Shown piece after piece: positions 48,573-60,244 of a DNA stretch of 64,000 nt. Below the pieces are notes generated by a model. That model searched no databases. It saw only the letters and a program-made list of their open reading frames with translations, and was not told the DNA's origin. The position numbers and the translations under genes were made by a program. Source of the DNA: Azolla caroliniana (taxonomy: Eukaryota > Plantae > Polypodiophyta); NCBI GenBank assembly GCA_043228905.1, contig JBHGNT010000020.1, positions 3,596,001 to 3,660,000 on the forward strand, given 5' to 3'. The stretch's first letter is position 1. Each line of letters opens with the position of its first letter.

Positions 48573-51500
48573 ATGGAGAGAGAAAGAGATGATGTATTAT
48601 TTTACTTTTGTCTTCGGAAGCTAAATTTCATGAACTATGTATGGAACCCATGCGAGAGTGAGAGATGATGATGATGATGAATGATGAGAAATTTACAACT
48701 ACAAGGGGCCGGCCAGCATGACTCATGGGACCAACAACTGTTCCGAAGAACTTTTTCTGTGTAGGAGGGAGGATTTTAAAATGATAGAATAACAAGAATA
48801 AAAGGAAGAGCTGAAGTTAAAAAAAGCTAACTTGTTTGTTTCCAAATCTTATTGTTTGGAACTTCTGTGAGTTTGATTCTGTGGCCAAGAGACGAACAAA
48901 GAATCAAACCTTAACTCATGGTTCCATTGTCGTTACGAGTTCTTGAAAGCTAGTACAACCTTGACCGAATAAAACCTTAACTCATGTTGTACGGGCACAT
49001 CCACGTGTTTCTTCAACACGCCATCTTGCAGACCATATCCGAATGTATAGGATCCTGAGGAGTGAATTACATTCGCTTTTGTGGTTCTTCTGTCATAACT
49101 GCCCAATTTCCCATGTGGCTTCTAGAGGTGTTCTCATTCTCAATGTGTAATTCAACTGAATTGGCCTTCATACAGTTTCTAGAAGCGCTACAGAGTAGAG
49201 GATTGGGCTCTTAACCCCTAAATGGCTGGCATAGGAATCTCCTTTGGATTATTTTCTTTATTTCATTCCATGAGCTTGCTGAAACATTGCCTCATCAAAC
49301 TTCAGTTCCATATGTCAAAGGTTGCACTGACTGCATATGTATCAAATACTAATGAATGCTCTAATCTCCCATCTATGGGTTTGTGCTCAAGTAGCACATG
49401 ATCTCAAATTCATAATAGTGTGCTGTGATGGCATCCATTCTCCTTGTTAGACACCTGTCCAAGTGTGTCAAACCCAAGGTTTTTGAAACCGTGAAACCCC
49501 TTGAATTGGCTGATCGTCACAGTTCACTCTGGGATGCTGACTTCCATATTTCACAGTTATCAGCACAATGACTTTGGTTTAAGCCACGTTGACTACTAGG
49601 CAAACTATGTTCACAGAGAGTATGTACTGTTTTTAAAAGCTTCTAGAGTCTCAGCTTAGAATATCTGAAAGGTATGACATTATCTGCATAAAGCAGAAGG
49701 AAGTTAAATATCCAGTGGGTGGTTTTTCCACATGTTTTCCTAAGGCTTATGGGATGAATTCTTTTAGTTGGGCAAATGGAGTAGGCAATAGGGACCGTCC
49801 TTGTTTCTCTCCCATGGTGCTCATATACTCTTTAGAAAAGCCTTTATTTCTCTATCTGCACCTTACTTGCTGGTATAACTGGGCCACCATTGCTCTCATG
49901 CATGTTAGTATTCCAAGTTGTCCTTGGTATTGTGCTGAAATCCTTCATAAAAACTACGAAAAATTGGCAAATGGTTGCCCTTTAAGCCGACTCCACACCG
50001 TTACAACACACAGGCAAATGAGATGATCGATAATTCTGTGTTTGGGTCAGAAATCTGATTGTCCCAGAACACCCTTGCTTGTTTTTTGCCCATTCACTGA
50101 GCTGCTGTTGAGTGGTTCTGTCAGAAGTTTAGCCATGCAAGTGTGCACCCTGTGTGTGTGTTGGTGAGGTAATATCTAGTCCCGCCTATGTATAGTGTCT
50201 TGATCCAGTTGCCTTTCCAGCCTCAAGCAACCTTATGCTATTGCAAGCAATTTTAGCATTTTTGAGCATAGACGAAGTTTATCTGCAGTCCTGTCATTTG
50301 GAAGTTTTTTCATCTATTTCAGAGTAGCCTTATACTCAAAAGCCATTCATGATTACACTGTGTAATAGTTGGTGAGATAATGTCTATTCCCTCCTTCTAG
50401 TGTCTTGATCCACTAGACCAGTCATTTTAGCATTTTTGAGCACAGGTTAAGTTTATCTGCAGCCTTGTCATTTACAAGGTTTTTCGTCCATTTCATTATG
50501 CTCTCATACTCGAAAGCTTTGATCCACATTTCTGGAAACACACCGCTCATGAATTTTTTGTCCTTCATGTATGGTTGTCTAGATTGCTTCAGCCAATGAA
50601 GAATACCTGTTTACTGCCATGCACTGTCCATTGATAACTCTCTATGCCCCCCCTGTGTCTTTTTATTAAGATCATTTTGTTTCCATTTCAGAGGATATTA
50701 TGTTCTCTTGATAGTTTTATCTTATATGGTCAATTGGAGACATGCATTAGTTTAGCTTCCCCCGTAGAGAATTTATTCATACAACTTTGCATGGTGATCC
50801 AAATTTGGGGATTTACTCCCAACTGAGAAAATTGTCATTTCCATTTGGGATATATTTTTGTACAAGCATTTTCATTATGTTTCTAGTGAAAAATCTCTGC
50901 CTGTATATGTCCGATCCTTGCATTCATGTCTCCAGTAACCAACACAAAGCCCGTATTTAGCATATTTAGCAATGTCAAAGCAAAGGTGGTCTTGTCTACC
51001 CCAAAGCATGATCCCAGTGTTTCGCGAAGAATAAGTATAGCTTGTGAGATACATCTGTAGCTCCAAAATTTGACTTGTTATCGACTTGTGCTTTACTCTT
51101 TCTGGTTATTGTAGGAGTTCTATCATTGGGGATGAAGTATGTTATGTTTTGGAGGTAGGCCCGAGTCGTGCATAGGAACATGGCACATTGTTCATGATTA
51201 ACCTATGTGCACACAAAGGCACAATTGGAATTTGGTGTCTGTTTTCTGTCTCAGCTACTTACAGTAATCAAACCCAAAGTTGTTGTGGTGTCTTCTTGTG
51301 CTATTCCATGCATCCCAAGGTTTTTCAATCAATTTAGCTTTTCCTGTTGCTTACTACCCAGACTTTTTGGGCTTGAGGACTTGCGTCTTAGACATGCATG
51401 ATTCCCTTGCTTTTCCTGTTGCTTACTACCCAGACTGGTACATAGGAATGATTTTTCAGCTTTTCAATTCCTTCACTTGGCACTTTTGGTAGGTAGCTTA

Positions 51501-52940
51501 AGTGATTTTTACAATAGTATATTTATCTTCATGTTTGGATAGACATTTGTCATTTTCTCTAGCTGTGTATTCTTCATCAGGCAAACTTCACACATCGCTA
51601 TAAATAAAATGCCAAGTTTGTCAATTAGCCAAAGAACATGTGAATTATCCTTGCATTTGTGGATAATATCCTAGGGAATTTTTTTAGCTTAACTTATTAG
51701 ACTTCAGAAATGTTCTTTACCGGTTTTCCTTTTATATATGTTGGAAGTCAATTATTGTCAACCAACTAGAATACAAAAATTCTTTACGAAGCTCAAGACT
51801 GGTCATGCATATAAAAAGGAGGGAAATGATGAACTTTAATTGGTCTTTAATAAAGTGAAACCTTATGGTGTAGTACTTGGTGGCTGAAAAGTGTGTATTT
51901 TATGTATAATATACATTTTTAAAGTCTGAAGTATTTAACATGTATTCGACATTTTAAAACTACCATTTCAAAATGTTCCATGTATTTACACTTTTGAGTT
52001 CAATAGAACATACTACCATCATGGCACCATAGTATGCTAAAAATGTTACGCCGCCAAAAAACACAGGTTACTAACAGCTTGAATGCTATTGGAATGGTGC
52101 AAATGTAGCTTTTATTATGTAAAGAAATCTTGTGATAGTCCAAAATCAACAAGAACTGAGACTACCTGCATGCGTGCACACCTTAAAATACCAGTTGCTC
52201 AACTACATCATATTTGTAAAATACTTGGCATAAAATACATATGTTAAGTATTTTAAAAGTATTGTTTTAAAAAAAATACTTGAAATATGTATTCTAAAGA
52301 TAATATGTTAAATTCGTCTTATGTTTGTATTGCATCTAACAATTGTTTTACTAACTTTGGACGATTTGATTTCTCTAATTCATACAAGTATCTCACAGAA
52401 AACTTCATGTAACAAAGGAATCATGCCAAAAATGTTTCTCAATGAAGGAATCATTTCATCTCAAAAATTTTAAAGAAATTTTAAGTCCAAACTTTTATTA
52501 TTATTTTCAGGAACTATACACGTGTGTGTTTTTATACTCTTGTTATGTATAGGGAAAAGATTCTGAAATACCCTTGAGTTTTTCTTTTTTTACCCAGATG
52601 CCCTGGGTAAACCCCCTTCTAGAGAAGGTATATGTACTACTTGCGCAATTATATGGTCATGTCATCCCCTTCTCTCTTTGTTGGGTGTTGACTAGGAGTA
52701 TTGGGGGAAAATAAAATAACCGACGGGTGTGTCAAGGATTTCTATACACACATAAAGAAAGTATAAATAGATAGATAACTTTTTAAGTCTATGGGAGGCC
52801 AATTGCGATCTATGAAGACAGGGCCTAGCCCATGGCGAGGATCGAACTTGGGTTCTTTCTCTCAATTTTATCTCTTCGATGCTACAGTGTAAACCACCAA
52901 GACAACAGCCATACTGATTGCTAATTCTTTTTTGTTTCAG

Positions 52941-53055
52941 TTCCTGAAAAGGGTGTTTAGTGCGGATACCATACTGATGCCTCTTCCTCCGGATCTCAGA
53001 AGAAATGCTGCACGCAACCTTGGTTTCTTTACTCGGATTTTTACGCAATTTTTTG
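52941..53055 (+). CDS. Exon 2 of the host gene
   Basis: Acceptor TTTTTGTTTCAG| and donor G|GTGAGT. FLKRVFSADTILMPLPPDLRRNAARNLGFFTRIFTQFF matches a recalled plant motif FLQRVFSIDT..PLPP..RNLSFFTRIFTQFF. Confidence 0.9.
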
Positions 53056-53220
53056 GTGAGTGTCAAGGGTAGTTTGATTTCACGTGATTCCAATGAACTC
53101 ATTTAGTGTTATTTTGCTTTGCATGTCTTGTTTGAAATCAAGCTATTATATTTGATTGAGTACAAAGAAATAATGTATTCTTTTTTCTTTCATGAATACT
53201 CAATGGTATACTTTGCTCAG

Positions 53221-53294
53221 ATCCAAAAGGAATACAAGATGCCCAGAAATCAATTGGCCTTGGTCGTGAGGAGCGAATACGGCATGTTAGATAA
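53221..53294 (+). CDS. Exon 3 of the host gene
   Basis: Acceptor CTTTGCTCAG|; DPKGIQDAQKSIGLGREERIRHVR*; exon phases sum to 444 nt. Confidence 0.9.
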
Positions 53295-54299
53295 AGAGGA
53301 TGTTTTCTGCAGTCATTTTATTTGCATATGTAATATTGATCTCTCTTGATTATGAGGATTAATTCTCTAAATTGACATTGCTTTCGCTTGTTGTGGATTT
53401 TGTGCTACGTACATGGCAAGTATTAAAATGGTTGTGTTTGCATAATTTAGGGATACATCTTCGACAACAATTTATAATACCAAGTAATTGCTGTTGCAAA
53501 TGTGTTATCCCCTGCCATGAACGATAGAAAATGAGTGAAGTAATTATTTGACACGTTTATCATTTTCATGAGCACATTTTCTTGATTTTCATTGTGTTTC
53601 TGATCTTGAGAACATGTACAATATACATCTTGCTAAGGAATGACATGATTGATCTTGGGAGGGGATTCCTCCATATATCTCCAAAGATGCTCATAAAGCA
53701 CCATATTAAAAGCTTTCATGAAGTCAAAATATAATCCTGTACTTGTCAAATGTAGTCATGGGATAACTAATTTTCTTTATTGTTGCTCGACTGTTTTATC
53801 TAACGTAGTTTTGGGATCTTCTGAAAAACCCCACCATTAGCCTTGAGCATTGGCTCAAAGCTCCAACACCAAAGATGTAAAATCTTTTGGTATCCTCAAG
53901 GTCGTGTACGAGAATCTGCTAGCAAGATGGGTAAGTGTGTGTTAAATTCACCCTCATGCACCTTATGATAGACCAACTACCAAAGCAAACACTAAACTAA
54001 TTTGAGGCTTTATCACAACTTGAGCACTCGATAGAAGTGATGAGCACTCGATAGAAGTGTGACACTATGAAAAGTTGCCAACATGGCTTCTCTTCCATTA
54101 ATTCGCAATCAATGCAATTAGGGTATGGAAATGATCATGTGGCGATAGATAGATAGATAGATAGATGGACACACACACACACACACACACAAGCACAAGC
54201 ACTTACACTTTAGCACTATGGAGGAGGTATGTTAAATGAGGAAACCCTTGTAAAGGTTAATAATTTCATAGTTATAGTTCTTTATTTAATTACATTATA

Positions 54300-54742
54300 A
54301 CTATGTCCTTTTCACACTTGTCTAGCTTCGCCTTTCCACACGTCGTTACTTGCTATACGTCGGCCACTTCTGTTATCAACATGTTTACTGCCGGTGCTTT
54401 GCCTTTTCCCTTCTCTAGGTAATGGGTAGCATAATGCCCTTCTTTCCTGCATTGATAACGCAATGGCTTGATTGCCTCACTCATTTCTCCTCTTTCCTTG
54501 CAGGTAGGTTGTGGGCCAAAAGTCGGTCGCATCGTCTCCTCCTAACTCCTAGGGTTGTATTGAAATGGCGTGGCCTTTTTAGGCCGTGTGCTATCTTCCT
54601 GAGCTCGCCAGTTATCTTGGGCCGGATATTAGCGAGCCCCTTGCTGATTAACTTCAAATCACCTCGAGTCATAGTTTCCCATTATTGAAAGGTTTTATGT
54701 CAAGTCATTTTTCTTGATCGTATGGCAGTGAGTAGTCCCTCT
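54300..54742 (-). pseudogene. Gypsy gag zinc-knuckle fragment, same lineage as the left-edge element
   Basis: Minus strand YQCRKEGHYATH...APAVNMLITEVADV*QVTT resembles RPAVNMVVPEVADLQQVTTRSK at about 270-345. Confidence 0.6.
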
Positions 54743-55545
54743 TGTTGGAGTTTGAGACTGTCAATGCAGAAACATGAACAACACCTTATGATGAAGATCA
54801 CCAAGTTAACACGTTAAAGCAAGATCAAAGGGACAGAGTGAGAGAAAGAGAGACAAAGAATGGCACAGAAGATGTAACTGTATTATTCGAACTCAGAGTT
54901 ACAACAAATGAAGGGTACAACCTATGAGCTAGATTACAAAGCCAATTTTATACTAACTAAGCTAGGGTAACTGCACTTTGACATATTTACATAATTGAAG
55001 GGTACAACCTATGAGCTAGGTTACAAAGCCAATTTTATACTAACTAACCTAGGGTAACTGCACTTTGACATATTTACATAATTGAAGGGTACAACCTATG
55101 AGCTAGGTTACAAAGCCAATTTTATACTACCTGAGCTAGGGCAACTACACTTTGACATATTCACATAATTGTCCTAGACCTAGTTTGTCCAAGGGACAAT
55201 GTGAATACGGCCATTAAACACCCGTAGTCGACACTCCCCTGTAATGGGCGTATACACTAAGGAGAGACCTGTAATATAAAACAAAAGATACAGGTTATAC
55301 AAAGAGATGCTATGATAGATTGGCTTGTAAACACAGGCCGAGTCAATGACGACCGAGAGAAAACACAGGCTGAATCAGTTGGTTTGATTGCAGAAGTCGG
55401 TTCAATTGTCAAGGCCGAGTGCTCAAAGCTATCTCTATTGTCCGAATTGATCGGACTAAATACTCCTTAAGCCCATTTGGTGCCGAAGTGACCGAAATCG
55501 ATCAGCTCCGAGACACTTGGTCATCCCGTCTTATATGTTGTCTTA
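54743..55545 (-). mobile_element. Copia J (F family) 3' fragment: RNase H end, PPT and 3' LTR
   Basis: LTR 54743-55233; CTCCCCTGTAATGGGCGTATAC follows it as in F1; DGMTKCLGADRFRSLRHQMG. The LTR holds 3 x 87-bp tandem units (54909, 54996, 55083). Confidence 0.85.
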
Positions 55546-56429
55546 AATGTGGATCGGTTTAATGTTCTTTATTAGCATTTAAAATCGCTTGATCTCATAT
55601 GTCCCTCAGAGGGAAACGGTGATTTAGTGTGATGCACCCTGGCAAACCATTATCGTCTCACAAAAATTGTGGACATTTTAAAAAGAAAATAAGAGAATGC
55701 TTTGTTTGTGTAAAGAGAATCCTCAGGCACAAAAATGAATCGTTGTCCTTGTGAGAAATATGATGATCGATTCTAAGTTACATTCCTTTTCGCTTCCATA
55801 AACAGTGAAGAATCCATAACGATGTGTAACTCTTTTAACACAACCAAACATTTGCCTCATTCACGTTGCAGTATAATGACTATAAACTATGTTTGTGTCT
55901 GCTCATACCTTTGTATCTGGCAGCCATAGATAAACTATGAGAGCTACTTTACTTCCACTACAGAATGGTACCTTGCATAGGCAACATACAGAGATTAATG
56001 GATGTTCAAAACTACCGTACTTCCATAGAATTCCAATGGATAAATACATCAATTCATATTTCCTTATAGTTTCTTTGAAAAATGAAGAGATTTATTCCAC
56101 GAAAGTTGCGCTCTGACATGGATCTCTATGCAAGAAGTCCGAAAGATTGGCAAAAAAGAACGAGAGAGAGATTGAGAGAGGAATTTGCATCGTATCAAGA
56201 TTCACGGTTTCCTTATCATTTCTTCACCAAATGAAGGAAAACTGTGTTCTGACGTGCATATTTCTCATATAAAAGTGATGTCTCATGGAAAGAGAGGTTG
56301 TGGTGAAACAAGATGAGATTAAGGAATTAAGGAAAGAGATTTTGATGTCTCATGGAATCTTATCAAGTGTAATTGTAGCAAAGACTGTGAACTTACATCG
56401 AAATTCTAAACCAGAAATCCATCAGGTGG

Positions 56430-58215
56430 AACATCAGACATGGGCGCCTTTCGACAAAGCTGCAAAAATTAATAGCTTTAGTCGAGTTGTTGCGATTGGG
56501 CTACAAGAAAGGATCCAGGAGCTATAGAGGGAACATCAGACATGGGCATCTTTCGGAAGAGCATTACTGAATGAATACAACCTCAACGATATGTCAAGGA
56601 TGACAAGGCGAGCTTTCATGGATCGGGTAGAGTCTGTTAAACATTTAAGTGTTTTGGAAGTGTTAAAAGAGTATTCAGAAATATTTGAGCAATTAAATGT
56701 TAGGGATAGAAATATAATAATGCCAGATAAAATGTTGTTTCTACAAGCCACTAATATTAAAGACATGAAGGACTTCAGAATGCTTCTAGAAGATCAGAAC
56801 ACTCCGAGTGGACTTACCAAAGACTGGGAGGAGGTGAAAAGGGTGTGCGCCCATTTCTGTAAAAGAAAGTTATGGTTTATGGAGTTGCCTGAGAGGAAGG
56901 TAGACGAAACGGGGAATGACTCAATGGGGGAAAAGAAAGTAGAAGAGTCACTCTTGCATGAATTGGTGAAAGGCATGAAAGACTTGTCAATCAAAGTGAC
57001 AAAGCTGATATTAGGACAAAGCTCAACTTCGTCGAGGCAAGGAGGTGGAATGGTCCGAAGGTGTATGTGGTATGACAGTATTGACCATAAGAAGAAAGAC
57101 TGTCAAGAACATAGGGATGCTCTTAATCATGATAAAATCTATTATCAAAATGGTAAGATTCACTTGACAGAGACTTGACAACCACCTCAACTCAACTTCG
57201 GGTGAGGTGGAATGAAAAAGCTAATGGAAGATGCCGAGAAAGAAACAACTCAACCGATACAATCCGTGGCAACGTTAGGGTTGCATGTAGAAGACTCATA
57301 TGGTGGATCTGGCTTTTGGCAAGATGTGATGGATGATGCAAGAAAAGGGAAGGTTCGAGTGGATGAATTAAAAAGAGCATGAGATGAAATACGGAACTTC
57401 ACTAGATGGAATGATCCAATGACACGCTATTAGCATTCGCCCAAGCGAATGCACGACAGGTAGTAGTGGAAGAGAAGCGAAAGAGAGTTGAGGAGGCTGA
57501 TCCGGCAAAGAAACATGAGACACGAGAACAAAAGAGAAGGGAGATGGAAAAGGGTGCTCCTGAGACGAAGGAGCTGATAGAGTAAAAGGGAAGACATGCC
57601 CATTTTTTAGGCTTGCTTCAAACATAGAAACAACGATGGATATCAAAAAGGTACTAGAAACAAGAATATTAAATAGTAAGGTAGAATTTACTTTAAGATA
57701 AGTGTTGGGTATAGCGAAGAAAGAATTTCATGAAGTTATCATAGATATTATTAGAAGAAAGAGACAGGTGACGAAAGGAAATTATGGGAGGTTGTGCAAC
57801 AACAGTCCAAGATTTGTATGGTGGCACCATCACTGCTACAAGTGTAAAAAAGCAAAAATGATGTTGGGGTTCATGAAGGGGATAAGACCACTGGGCTTGA
57901 GCAACAATGGAGGCGCCTGTAAAAATTGGGGAGCAACAAATTCCATGTATTGCTTTGATCGATCATGGATCCGAGATTAACATGATGTCGTCAGAATTTT
58001 ATGCTCAAAGACGGTGGCCGATTGACAAGAATCATGGGTGGAAGATAAGAGCTACCACAAAGACTACGGAGGATCTATTCAGAGCATGCCTCAGTGTGAA
58101 GGTAACAATTGGAAATGTGTCGGTGAATCAAAATTTATTTGTGCAAGATCGATCAACCTACCCCGTCATCCTTGATGAACCATACATCACTGCAGTAAGG
58201 ATGGAAACAAAGGTG
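56430..58215 (+). pseudogene. Gypsy gag-protease remnant L (Phygy-like), homologous to the Gag of H
   Basis: Gag HQTWASFGRALLNEY...DKMLFLQA...GLTKDWEEVKRVC; knuckle CMWYDSIDHKKKDC; aspartic protease IALIDHGSEINMMS...WPIDKNHGW...YPVIL. Confidence 0.8.
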
Positions 58216-58472
58216 CATGACATTATACCATTTCTCCTTATGTACCTCAGTCATGACCTCTTCATAGCATTCTGGTTCCCCTTCATTAGTCAAGAGAATA
58301 TATTGATTGGTTGGATACCGAGTGGAGGTCTTCCTTTGTCTTCGTGGATATATTCTTCCTTCAACAAACGATTCAGATTCGGTTTCTTCTATAAGCTCAT
58401 CTTCCTTAGAACAACCTTTCACTCTAGGCCTCCGATGAGAAGAGAACAAGCCTTAGAACTGGTTCACACAGA
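58215..58472. other. Two short copia fragments in opposite orientations
   Basis: 58215-58406 (-): YPTNQYILLTNEGEPECYEEVM...KWYNVM. 58407-58472 (+): RTTFHSRPPMRREQALELVHT. Confidence 0.75.
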
Positions 58473-60244
58473 ACTGAGTCGGCTGACACTCAACAACAAA
58501 CACATGCACCCCTTTAATCTTCCTCCAAAATTGCCCTGATGTTTGGTTCTGCTACGGTGTCTGTGTCTGGGGACGGCGTAGGGCCCGTAGGCGCGTCATT
58601 GTGTGGTTCCCCTGCTTAGTCGGGAGGGCTTCCCATGGTGTCGTTGTCGTCCTGTGTGGGCGGTCCGGGTTCTGTTGGCTCTTCTTGGGCTATTGGGGTT
58701 GGTTCAGCCGTTCGCAGGCTTGCGGTAGGTCGCGGCTCTATTTCGTCCGTCACTTCCTCCGTGATGTCGATCGTCGTTGTACGCTCTGGAGAGTGGGGTT
58801 GCAGTTCCTCTTGGTCCGGAACGTCCTCCGTGATGTCAGCCGTAAGCGTATGCTCCGGTGGGTGGGGTTCCTCTTGGTCGGTGGTTTCGCTGTCTGGTAT
58901 TGCGGGGGACTCCGCTCGCCGGTCTGTGCTGTTCACCGTAGTGGTAATTTCTAGTGGCATGGCCTGAGGTTCCTCTTCTTCGGCAATATCTAGAATTGGT
59001 GTCGTGATGGATTCCTTGTTTGTTCACGCACTGCCGGCTTGCGTGATCTAGTGAAACAGGTCCTCCTGACTTTCACCAAAATCATGTAGTAGCTGCGCGA
59101 GTTCCTCGGAATTTTGGTCCGCTAGCGTGCGATAGTCCTGCGCTAGGTCCTCGCATACTGCTGCAATTCTTTCCTCATTGAGTTTGTAGAACCCTCGGCC
59201 GTCTTTCCTTCGGTTCTCCCAGTCCGCTCGATACGTATGCAATTCCGCCACTTGTGCAGCCCATGCCATCCATCCTTTGTCTAGCGCCGATTTTAATTGC
59301 GTCGTAAACCTCTCCTGATTTGTTTGTAGAAGGATACACATGTTGTCTGTTATGGCTTGGCAACGGTTGCGTGCTTCTTCTATAGATTTCTTGAGGTTTG
59401 CAATTTCTTGCTGACTAACCGCCGCCGCTTCCTCATACGTGCTCCTCATTCCTGCCCAAAGCTGGGATTCCTTCGCATGTAGTTCTTCCAGTTTTCCCAT
59501 TTCATTGTCAAGGCGGATTTCTAGGTGATGCCTTCTCTCCTGTTCTCCCACCATCTGCTCATCGAACCATGCTTTCTTCTTCTCCAATAAGGCCCAGAGT
59601 CCCGTGATTGCCGCTTCCGATTTTTTCGCTTCCGCCCGTTGTCGCGAAGATTCGCGCGTGCGTGTGCTACTCGAGCGACCACCGGGGTCTTGGACTGGGG
59701 AGGACGTTCGCGGAATTATCGACGCTAGATGACGATCAATGTAAGATTGGATGAAATTTGTTCACTTGAGAAGAAGAAAGATTGTACACTTGAGAAGTAG
59801 AAAAACATGAAGAAGATAAAGACAAATATGATTATATTGATGATAGTGGTGTTGGTGATATCACATATTGAGCCCCCCTTACACAAGCCCAACTAGAGGC
59901 TTTTATAGGTCTTTCCATGCTCGTGACATGCACATAATCATGGGCTAAAACCATGGTTTTGTGCACACGGTTTTGCTTATGTCATGCACAAACCATGGGT
60001 TTAAAACCATGGTTTTGTGCACATGGTTTTCTATGGTTGTTTCGTCTATAATTTGTATATGAAAAGGAAATACATATAATCTACACTATATGATAGTTGT
60101 CCTAGTGGAAAGGCAATTATCTTGTATCTTAGAGGTGCAAGGTTCAATCCTTGCTTGCACCCCTCTGTATGAACTCAAGTGCCACTAGGCTAGGTTTATC
60201 TGCTAAGTGCATGTGCAATGTTGCACATCCTTGGTTTATTCGTC

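Noticed and set aside
48400-48624. C-terminal half of the 159-aa ORF (TYTYTY...)
   Set aside because: Read-through into intron 1 microsatellites; the donor at 48400 splices in frame to a conserved exon.
52548-52745. Possible MITE in intron 1
   Set aside because: The terminal inverted similarity is weak and I found no TSD.
57907-58539. 210-aa ORF as a novel fusion gene
   Set aside because: It is a chance open frame across a protease remnant and antisense/sense copia scraps.
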